Below are positions 1-6,374 of a DNA stretch of 37,945 bases, in pieces. Origin of the DNA: a virus (lineage: Duplodnaviria; Caudoviricetes). The notes below the pieces were generated by a model. That model was given only the letters and a program-made list of their open reading frames with translations. It was not told the origin of the DNA and searched no databases. The stretch spans positions 1-37,945 of the IMG/VR virus record IMGVR_UViG_3300043405_000007. One strand, written 5' to 3'. A program made the translations under genes and the position numbers. The first letter of the stretch is position 1, and every line of letters begins with the position of its first letter.

Positions 1-127
1 GCCCTATGTGTCGCAACTCACACCACTTTGAACCCCTACTAATTTAATTAGGCTCTTGGTGACACAGCTATGTGCTTTCGGGCTAAAAATCGAAATTTGA
101 GCACTAAGATTAGTCCGCGATGTGACT
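1..127. repeat. Terminal direct repeat, copy 1 (circularisation overlap)
   Basis: Identical base for base to 37819-37945. A length of 127 matches a common assembler k-mer size. Confidence 0.95.
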
Positions 128-141
128 AATTGAATATCGTG

Positions 142-411
142 TTAAACTGGCGATTCAACCCATGTAATTGCTTTGACAGCCCACATCTGTGCTCCTTGCG
201 CCTCAGTGATGGCAATTGAAGCAAGCCGTTTTTGCTCGCCCCCTTTGCTGTGATGGCGTAGCTCATTTAATTGATTGATAAGCTCGGCATAGCCCTCTTT
301 ACACTTTTGCACTGCTGAATTACCCGATGGGTTGAATGAAAGTCCAATGGCTTTTTCACCAAACATTGGGTCAATAGAAAACTGCCCTTTGCAAACTGGA
401 ATTGGCTCCAT
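142..411 (-). CDS. Small helical-hairpin protein, candidate Acb2/Tad1-like nucleotide-signal sponge
   Basis: 89 aa with SD AAGGA upstream. The C-terminal KRLASIAITEAQGAQMWAVKAITW resembles the R-x-x-S-x-A-x-T...A-x-MW-x-x-KA pattern of Acb2/Tad1-type proteins. Confidence 0.55.
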   Translation of the reverse strand: MEPIPVCKGQFSIDPMFGEKAIGLSFNPSGNSAVQKCKEGYAELINQLNELRHHSKGGEQKRLASIAITEAQGAQMWAVKAITWVESPV

Positions 412-445
412 AAATATTCCTTGTTAAATTAAAAAATTACCTTAT

Positions 446-545
446 ATCGGATTATTGACATCGCTACACAGTAACTAGAGCGCCTTCTGCATCCTGTTTG
501 GCTTACTGACTTCGTATCGCTTGTCAGCTCTTTTCGTCTTCCGAT
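446..545 (-). ncRNA. Candidate structured leader RNA (multi-branch)
   Basis: Nested inverted repeats: 446-451/540-545, 457-459/536-538, 463-467/471-475, 477-481/527-531, 482-484/500-502, 506-510/523-527. It begins just downstream of the -10 at 552-557. Confidence 0.5.
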
Positions 546-551
546 GGTTGA

Positions 552-595
552 ATTATGCTACTGATTTTATTTTTTTGTATTAGGGTTTATACCTA
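552..595 (-). promoter_or_regulatory. Leftward early promoter with TAGG-N7-CCTA box
   Basis: -10 CATAAT (plus strand 552-557), 23 nt from the box TAGGGTTTATACCTA at 581-595. The -35 is poor. Confidence 0.55.
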
Positions 596-611
596 GATTT
601 GCAATTATTTT

Positions 612-797
612 TCACTTTTTTAGCACTGGCAAAGCCGCCCAATGAGTCCAAAATCCATGACTCAAACCCTTGTACACACCATAATGAGCGACGCCATCAC
701 CCAGTAGTTGCACCTTTACACCTATCGGACAAGTCTCTATTGGTTGCCAGTAATAATTAGGGTCAACTGCTGCCGCGCCTGTGCTATCAATTTTCAT
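612..797 (-). CDS. Hypothetical phage protein (DUF551-like)
   Basis: WQPIETCP...THWAALP motif pair; SD AAAAGGA upstream. Confidence 0.7.
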   Translation of the reverse strand: MKIDSTGAAAVDPNYYWQPIETCPIGVKVQLLGDGVAHYGVYKGLSHGFWTHWAALPVLKK

Positions 798-810
798 ACA
801 ATCCTTTTAA

Positions 811-1190
811 ACATAGCGAAACCACGAGAAGGTGATACCCCTTACTCTCAGCCATCAATCTAAATACATAAGATTGACTACTGCACACATAATGACCTAG
901 TTCTATTTCCACAGCACCCATTAAGTATGGGTCAGACTCCAATATCACCGAACTGCTGTGTTCCTGAGATGCCCTAGATAAGCTCTCGCGCCGTGGTTTC
1001 AATAAAGCGCATCACTATGTGGGTGCGGCGGTAACATCGCCCATTTGCTGCGTCAATATCCGCCCTGAGATTGAAAAGCAAAAACCCTTATGGTGTCTCA
1101 CTTCCCTCTTGGCAGAGCAACACGTTTTAAGTGTCAGGAAATAAGACCCCATAAGGGTTTAATTGTGTCGCTCTGCCAGATTGACGGGGC
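811..1190 (-). ncRNA. Candidate large structured non-coding RNA with switch-like 5' domain and pseudoknot
   Basis: At least ten complementary segment pairs (listed in findings). The imperfect pairs are G-U wobbles on the minus strand. A promoter lies directly upstream. Confidence 0.6.
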
Positions 1191-1192
1191 AA

Positions 1193-1222
1193 AGTTTATC
1201 ACATCAAACCCTAAATAGTCAA
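1193..1222 (-). promoter_or_regulatory. Sigma70-type promoter for the structured RNA
   Basis: Minus strand TTGACT-18 nt-TAAACT, with an extended -10 TG. Confidence 0.65.
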
Positions 1223-1426
1223 TCAATAATGAGATTTTTTCTCACCTTTTTGACCTGTATACGGGTTGTAGTTACCTAGACCGCCATAGTTATCCGTTTG
1301 CGTCTGATTAGGGGCGCTGCGATATGTTGGTGCGACATACGTACCATCTTGACGGAAATAGCCGTTTTGATGCACCTGAGCGTGTGCTGTGCCGATAAGT
1401 AAAAGTGATAGTGCTAGATATTTCAT
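1223..1426 (-). CDS. Small secreted/periplasmic protein
   Basis: True start probably the ATG at 1426 (SD AAGGA). Signal peptide MKYLALSLLLIGTAHA, then GYFRQDGTYVAPTYRSAPN...NYNPYTG, a motif typical of small bacterial exported hypotheticals. Confidence 0.7.
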   Translation of the reverse strand: MKYLALSLLLIGTAHAQVHQNGYFRQDGTYVAPTYRSAPNQTQTDNYGGLGNYNPYTGQKGEKKSHY

Positions 1427-1459
1427 GATTACATCCTTAAAAAAGTTATAGGGGCGCGA

Positions 1460-1533
1460 ATTGTAGCGATTAAAAATAGTTAGCGATATAGGGGTAAACA
1501 CCTATAAAATAATTCACATTTGTGTATTATGAT
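1460..1533. promoter_or_regulatory. Divergent promoter pair centred on palindromic box TAGGGGTAAACACCTA (1489-1504)
   Basis: Leftward -10 TACAAT (1460-1465) and rightward -10 TATGAT (1528-1533) are each exactly 23 nt from the box. Confidence 0.65.
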
Positions 1534-1564
1534 ACGTACATCAACAACAAAACGGAGTTAGAAA

Positions 1565-1756
1565 ATGACAAACGCAAAATTAGATCAAATGATTTCAATC
1601 GCAATTCAAGAGGCTGCCGACTCTTGGAAAGTTGCTCAATCATCAACGACACAGGTTCATGAGTGGATTTCAAAAAGGGCTGCTCAGGAAGCAAACCCTG
1701 GATTTAGTTTTACAGCTTTTTGCGAAAATAAACGCGGTAATTGGGTAATCGCTTAA
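1565..1756 (+). CDS. Hypothetical protein
   Basis: 63-aa ORF; leader GGAGTTAGAAAATG. Confidence 0.7.
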   Translation: MTNAKLDQMISIAIQEAADSWKVAQSSTTQVHEWISKRAAQEANPGFSFTAFCENKRGNWVIA

Positions 1757-1771
1757 TTAAGGAGTTAGAAA

Positions 1772-1951
1772 ATGGAAGTAAAACACACGCCATCAAATGA
1801 ATTATTAGATGCCTTAAAAGACGTGGCACAAACTCTAGCGTGGGTTCAGTATGGTCAATGTAGAGGTTTCAGTGAAAAATTATTATCAACAAATGATGCG
1901 CTTGACAAAGCTAGTGCCGCCATCAACCAATCAACTGGAGAACAAGAATGA
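1772..1951 (+). CDS. Hypothetical protein (59 aa, not in ORF track)
   Basis: MEVKHTPSNELLDALKD...AAINQSTGEQE. Same GGAGTTAGAAAATG leader as the previous gene; ATGA overlap with the next gene. Confidence 0.7.
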   Translation: MEVKHTPSNELLDALKDVAQTLAWVQYGQCRGFSEKLLSTNDALDKASAAINQSTGEQE

Positions 1952-2124
1952 CCGATATGGATTTACTAGACTTTATGGTGCGACAGTACCAAACCCAGAG
2001 CAAGATGGCAAACGCCTTAAAAATTGGCGACAGTGCCATTTCAAACTGGCGCAGTCGTGGCGAAGTGCCTAACGCTTGGAGAATGTATTTTATGGTTCAG
2101 TTTAACAAAGGAGAGAAAGCATGA
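1948..2124 (+). CDS. Cro-like helix-turn-helix regulator (58 aa, not in ORF track)
   Basis: TQSKMANALKIGDSAISNWRSRGEVP is a Cro/Xre-type HTH pattern. SD GGAG; ATGA overlaps at both ends. Confidence 0.75.
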   Translation: MTDMDLLDFMVRQYQTQSKMANALKIGDSAISNWRSRGEVPNAWRMYFMVQFNKGEKA

Positions 2125-2321
2125 GTAAATGGAAAGACGGTACACCTAAAAGCACAAACAATGCTTTTACAGGCGCAACTAATAACATCAACTGGACTGC
2201 GTTAAATAGCCCGATTGGTGCGGTTAAAGGCGGTTTAACGGCGGCAAAGCAACAAGGTTCGCCAGTGTACCTGCCAAACAGTGAACGGGTGCGGGCTTAT
2301 ACGAAGGCGGGCATTAAATGA
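2121..2321 (+). CDS. Hypothetical phage protein
   Basis: SD AAAGGAG; coupled by ATGA overlaps. Confidence 0.7.
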   Translation: MSKWKDGTPKSTNNAFTGATNNINWTALNSPIGAVKGGLTAAKQQGSPVYLPNSERVRAYTKAGIK

Positions 2322-2398
2322 CACCATGCGAGCAAGCTGGTGTTTGCAATCTAAAACACAAATGCAATAACTGCCCAAATAAACATGAAAAAGCCTGA
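2318..2398 (+). CDS. Tiny Cys-rich peptide (26 aa)
   Basis: MTPCEQAGVCNLKHKCNNCPNKHEKA; ATGA overlap with the upstream stop; four Cys. Confidence 0.45.
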   Translation: MTPCEQAGVCNLKHKCNNCPNKHEKA

Positions 2399-2486
2399 CA
2401 TTCTCACAATCATACTATCGGCATTTGTAACTATGTCAGTAGTCTTATCCTTCTTTTTTCTTTTATTTTATGGGGTGACAAAATGA
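2385..2486 (+). CDS. Small single-pass membrane protein (33 aa)
   Basis: MKKPDILTIILSAFVTMSVVLSFFFLLFYGVTK; stop overlaps the next ATG. Confidence 0.5.
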   Translation: MKKPDILTIILSAFVTMSVVLSFFFLLFYGVTK

Positions 2487-2740
2487 GTCTATTTACACGA
2501 ATCAAGACATTCTTTGCCAAAGACGAACCAAAGCTAACAGACCATAAAGTTCGCATTGTTACGCTACTCAAAACGGGTTGGTTTACACAAATGGATTGTG
2601 CAAAGCTAGGGTTAACACTAAACCTATCGAAGCGACTTGGAGAGCTTGAACTAGAGCTAGCGCCAAAGTGGAAAGTAGAGCGTAGGTGGAAAGAAACAGG
2701 GAAGACTAAGTGCAAGGAATATCGGATTGTGAAGGCTTGA
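2483..2740 (+). CDS. Winged helix-turn-helix protein (HTH_39-like)
   Basis: FTQMDCAKLGLTLNLSKRLGELE...VERRW...KEYRI pattern; lies just upstream of the replication gene. Confidence 0.6.
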   Translation: MSLFTRIKTFFAKDEPKLTDHKVRIVTLLKTGWFTQMDCAKLGLTLNLSKRLGELELELAPKWKVERRWKETGKTKCKEYRIVKA

Positions 2741-2766
2741 CACTAACACAAAAACAAGATTAAAAT
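2737..2766 (+). promoter_or_regulatory. Sigma70 promoter upstream of the replication gene
   Basis: TTGACA (2737-2742), 18-nt spacer, TAAAAT (2761-2766). Confidence 0.65.
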
Positions 2767-2775
2767 ATAGGCTCG

Positions 2776-2860
2776 ATCACGGCTAGGTTTAGCGACTGAA
2801 AAGCGGCTTTATCACCCGCCTGCCGATGATTTTTTTGTGATACAAACCTAATGATAAGGG
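2776..2860 (+). ncRNA. Structured cis-regulatory leader of the replication gene
   Basis: ATCA-CGGC-T-AGG pairs with CCT-GCCG-A-TGAT and encloses two small hairpins, followed by T7. The loop CTTTATCAC is complementary to downstream GTGATA and TGATAAGG. Confidence 0.55.
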
Positions 2861-2869
2861 GTTGCTTTT

Positions 2870-3652
2870 GTGCCAACACGTTATTTAAAATCAGGCATCC
2901 GAGACAGTGATGCGCTTGATTCATTATCTCCACTAACTGAAACGCTTTTTTATCGCTTACTTGTCACTGTTGATGATTTTGGTAGGTATGATGCACGTCC
3001 AGCAATGATTAAAGCCCAGTGCTTTCCAATTAAAGAATCTATAAAACAAAAAGATTGTGCTTCCATGCTTTGCGAGCTGGAAAAATCTGGGTTGATTATT
3101 ATTTATCATCATGAAGGAAAAGAGTATTTACAGATGTGTAAATGGGATAACGTGCCACGCGCAAAAGAAAGCAAATTTCCGCAACCGAATGCAGATGCTG
3201 TACAGTTGCATACAGATGTAAAGCGGCTGAATACAAATCTACCTTTAACCGTAACCGTAACCGAAACTGAAACCGTAACAAAAACCGAAAAAAAAGAACA
3301 GCGCGGCTCACGCCTCGCCAGCGATTGGGTTTTATCAAAATCATGGGGGGATTGGGCAACTAATGAGCGCCCAGATTTGGACATAAGGCGAACGGCTGAC
3401 GACTTTAGGGATTACTGGCACTCTGTTGCTGGCTCTAAGGGAATTAAACTTGATTGGCAGGCTACTTGGCGCGTATGGGTTCGAGGTCAGAGGGCTCCTG
3501 CAACTAAATTAGCTGATGTAGCGCGTCAAACAGTGCCTAGCAGCGGCGAACACGAAAAAACAAGGGAGACCATAGCAAAAACATTTGAGGGCGCTAAACC
3601 GCCCACTTTGGAACAATTAGCATTGTTAGCATCAATAAGGGGTTCAAAATGA
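2870..3652 (+). CDS. Phage replication initiator (replisome organiser-like)
   Basis: N-terminal LFYRLLVTVDDFGR domain, TVTVTETET linker, C-terminal RGSRL...FRDYW...KLDWQATWRVWVR domain. GTG start. Confidence 0.75.
   Translation: MPTRYLKSGIRDSDALDSLSPLTETLFYRLLVTVDDFGRYDARPAMIKAQCFPIKESIKQKDCASMLCELEKSGLIIIYHHEGKEYLQMCKWDNVPRAKESKFPQPNADAVQLHTDVKRLNTNLPLTVTVTETETVTKTEKKEQRGSRLASDWVLSKSWGDWATNERPDLDIRRTADDFRDYWHSVAGSKGIKLDWQATWRVWVRGQRAPATKLADVARQTVPSSGEHEKTRETIAKTFEGAKPPTLEQLALLASIRGSK
3248..3297 (+). repeat. Degenerate 6-bp tandem repeat (AACCGT/AACCGA) and A-tract inside the replication gene
   Basis: AACCGT AACCGT AACCGA AACTGA AACCGT AACAAA AACCGA AAAAAAA. Confidence 0.6.
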
Positions 3653-3759
3653 CACAAAAGGAATATGCACACAGCGTACTAAACGCAATCAAAGCTGGAA
3701 GCAACGAGTACACAGATCAGGATATTTTGACGGCGCTTCAAATAACGGGAGATATTTAA
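3649..3759 (+). CDS. Hypothetical protein (36 aa, not in ORF track)
   Basis: MTQKEYAHSVLNAIKAG...ILTALQITGDI; ATGA and TAATG overlaps at its ends. Confidence 0.6.
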   Translation: MTQKEYAHSVLNAIKAGSNEYTDQDILTALQITGDI

Positions 3760-4100
3760 TGGATGCAGGAACTAAACAAATTATTGAAAACAAAGAAAAA
3801 AAAGATAAAAAGTATCGTGATATGATAGATGAAAAGTCTATCGAGAATCGAATTCTAGAGTTGTGCGAGAAATATGAAAAAGCACCAGTAGAGGCGTTTA
3901 CTGGTGAAAACAGTGATTTTTATCAATTATTCATGTCTCGGTCATGGCTTGCAACTTTGTTAAGTGGATACATAAAAGAAAGTCAACAAATTGATAAAGA
4001 AAAATCAGTAAAACTAATGGATGCTTTGGTTTCAAGTGATGATTTGTATGAGACGCATTTATTTAATACAACAGGAAAGAAGCCTGTTAGATGGTTTTAG
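3759..4100 (+). CDS. Hypothetical protein
   Basis: 113-aa AT-rich ORF coupled by TAATG. Confidence 0.65.
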   Translation: MDAGTKQIIENKEKKDKKYRDMIDEKSIENRILELCEKYEKAPVEAFTGENSDFYQLFMSRSWLATLLSGYIKESQQIDKEKSVKLMDALVSSDDLYETHLFNTTGKKPVRWF

Positions 4101-4318
4101 GTTGTAACTCATGTTTAGCCAGAGAGAACATCAAAAATTGTGGCAGCTATACGATGAGTTGTATCGAGTGCATGACGACGATGATGATAATAGCCCCAGG
4201 CAAGGCACACAGGCAGTCATTGGCAGAGTTGGCGCATCGTTCATTCAAACGGGCAAAGACTACGCATTACTTTATGGATGAACTGAGAATGAAAGTAAGT
4301 GAAAGGATGAAAAAATGA
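4091..4318 (+). CDS. Hypothetical protein with two CxxC motifs
   Basis: CNSC...CIEC; overlaps its neighbours. Confidence 0.55.
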   Translation: MVLGCNSCLARENIKNCGSYTMSCIECMTTMMIIAPGKAHRQSLAELAHRSFKRAKTTHYFMDELRMKVSERMKK

Positions 4319-4542
4319 TTAAACCACCATATATATTAGCATGTCAACATGTTAGATTAGATTTGAAAGATAAGTCGTTGAAATTTAGCGATAAAGAACG
4401 CGAAAGATGCGGAAATGCAATTATTGCTGAGGTAGATTTGATTGAGGTAGATGGTAAGACCATTGCAAAGTGCAAACATGGTGATAAGGCACAAATATGG
4501 ATTATCAATGAGGATTTTTCGACGGAGAGATACTATGATTAA
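4315..4542 (+). CDS. Hypothetical protein
   Basis: SD AAGGA; ATGA overlap. Confidence 0.6.
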   Translation: MIKPPYILACQHVRLDLKDKSLKFSDKERERCGNAIIAEVDLIEVDGKTIAKCKHGDKAQIWIINEDFSTERYYD

Positions 4543-4645
4543 ACACAGATACATTGGAACAAAAAAGCTATGGGGGCACATTGGAATACTAAACGGATGG
4601 CAAATTAAAGAAAAATAGTATGGATGCAATAATACAAGCCCTTGC

Positions 4646-4674
4646 TTTACTTTTCTCTATATGTGTGATAGTAT
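4646..4674 (+). promoter_or_regulatory. Putative late-operon promoter
   Basis: TTTACT, 17-nt spacer, TAGTAT with an extended TG. Confidence 0.5.
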
Positions 4675-4710
4675 TGGCCTGTGAAATTCTCCTAGGTGAA
4701 TAACCTATTC

Positions 4711-4730
4711 AGCCCTTCGGGGCTTTTTTT
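4711..4730 (+). terminator. Intrinsic terminator upstream of the terminase genes
   Basis: AGCCC-TTCG-GGGCT followed by a T run. Confidence 0.85.
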
Positions 4731-4744
4731 CGTGAGGTGAGGCT

Positions 4745-5053
4745 GTGGATAACTCCAAAGTAAAGCCGAAAAGTACGGGACAATTCGGCAAAGGTAATAA
4801 GGGAAAACCAAAGGGCGCAGTCAATAAAACGACTGGACAGCTAAAGGACATGATCCTAAAGGCATTAGACCATGCTGGTGGTGCTGACTACTTGCTGGAG
4901 CGTGCTAATGACCCTAAGACGCAAAGTGCTTTCCTTCAATTGATTGGCAAGGTTCTACCTATGACGGTAGTGGGTGATGCTAATCAACCTGTTACGTTTG
5001 CGCTTGCAACGCCTTGGCTGAGTCAATCAATAGCTAAACGCAATGGGGATTAA
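4745..5053 (+). CDS. Terminase small subunit (putative)
   Basis: GQFGKGNKGKPKGAVNKTT...LKDMILKAL...FLQLIGKVLP; immediately upstream of TerL. Confidence 0.7.
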   Translation: MDNSKVKPKSTGQFGKGNKGKPKGAVNKTTGQLKDMILKALDHAGGADYLLERANDPKTQSAFLQLIGKVLPMTVVGDANQPVTFALATPWLSQSIAKRNGD

Positions 5054-6374
5054 CGAATACGATCCTCGCGATCAGTTTGTTAAATTCCACAATAGAGAAG
5101 AACGATGGGCGGTATTAGTTTGTCATCGAAGGGCTGGTAAGACGGTAGCATGTGTCGCTGATTTAGTTCTAAGCGCATTAGTTACATCAAAGCCAGATGC
5201 TAGATTCGCTTATGTTTGCCCGCAATACAATCAGGCAAAGGATGTAGCATGGACTTACATTAAGCGATTGACTGCCGACATACCCAATGTCCAATACAAC
5301 GAAAGCGAACTAAGAGCGGACTTGCCAAATGGTGCGCGGATTCGTTTATACGGTGCTGATAACCCTGATCGGCTACGTGGACTATATTTGGATGGTGTCG
5401 TGCTTGATGAGTTTGCTGATATGCGCTCTAGCGTATGGGGAGAGGTAATCCGCCCCATGCTGGCAGACCGCAAAGGCTGGGCGGTGTTTATCGGTACACC
5501 AAAAGGACACAACGAGTTTTATCAATGCTGGCAAGATGCTCAGGCTGATGATGCGTGGTTCAAGATGATGCTAAAAGCGTCAAATAGCGGATTGATTGAA
5601 GCTGACGAATTGAGGGACGCTGCTAAAGGCATGACTGATGACCAATATGCACAAGAGTTCGAATGCTCATTTGAAGCGGCGATAGCAGGGGCATACTATG
5701 CCAATGACTTTAAAGAGGATTGCGTGCGAGAAGTAGCATACGACCCTAAACTGCCGGTATTTACAGCCTGGGACATTGGATACTCTGACGATACGGCGAT
5801 ATGGTTCTGGCAAATGGCTGGCGGCGAAGTGCATGTTATTGACTTCTACGCGGCAAATGGTCACGGTGTGCCCCATTATGTTGACGTGCTAAACGAAAAG
5901 GGCTACAATTACGCGAAGTTAGGCAATAAACCTTTTCTATGGCTTCCACATGACGCAAGGGCTAAAACCTTTGCAAGCGGTGGAAAATCCAGTCAAGAGC
6001 AGTTTATGGCTTTGGGATATTCGAGTAGAATCGTGCCAGAATTGAGTTTACAGGATGGTATCAACGCACTGCGTATGATGCTACCAAAGGCTTATTTTGA
6101 CAGGGTTAAATGCTTTGACGGTGTAGAGGCGTTAAAGTTATACCGTAGAGAGTATGATGACGATAAGAAGGTATTTAGAGACAAGCCTTTGCATGATTGG
6201 ACAAGCCACGCAGCGGATGCGGCTAGATACATGGCAATAGCATATAGAGAAGCATCACCAGAAGCTCGGCGACCTGAGCCAAAGTTTGCGTTTCGAGGGA
6301 CAGATAACGGCATTACTTCACTTACAATGAACGAAATGTGGGCATTAACACCTAAACGAGATACACGCATATAA
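5043..6374 (+). CDS. terL: Terminase large subunit
   Basis: Walker A HRRAGKT, Walker B VVLDE, GTPKG, nuclease WDIGYSD and SHAADAARY. Confidence 0.95.
   Translation: MGINEYDPRDQFVKFHNREERWAVLVCHRRAGKTVACVADLVLSALVTSKPDARFAYVCPQYNQAKDVAWTYIKRLTADIPNVQYNESELRADLPNGARIRLYGADNPDRLRGLYLDGVVLDEFADMRSSVWGEVIRPMLADRKGWAVFIGTPKGHNEFYQCWQDAQADDAWFKMMLKASNSGLIEADELRDAAKGMTDDQYAQEFECSFEAAIAGAYYANDFKEDCVREVAYDPKLPVFTAWDIGYSDDTAIWFWQMAGGEVHVIDFYAANGHGVPHYVDVLNEKGYNYAKLGNKPFLWLPHDARAKTFASGGKSSQEQFMALGYSSRIVPELSLQDGINALRMMLPKAYFDRVKCFDGVEALKLYRREYDDDKKVFRDKPLHDWTSHAADAARYMAIAYREASPEARRPEPKFAFRGTDNGITSLTMNEMWALTPKRDTRI

Noticed and set aside
787-1002. 71-aa ORF from the ORF track
   Set aside because: TTG start, no SD, no recognisable motif, and it coincides with extensive RNA pairing. 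More likely non-coding.
1851-2072. 73-aa ORF from the ORF track
   Set aside because: It overlaps two better-supported genes in other frames (1772-1951 and the Cro-like 1948-2124), which have SDs and coupled overlaps.
4535-4618. 27-aa ORF MIKHRYIGTKK...
   Set aside because: It could be a truncated gene remnant, but it is too short to support a call.
4693-4707. TAGGTGAATAACCTA as another activator box
   Set aside because: It fits TAGG-N7-CCTA, but no -10 lies 22-23 nt away on either side. More simply an RNA hairpin in the short late leader.
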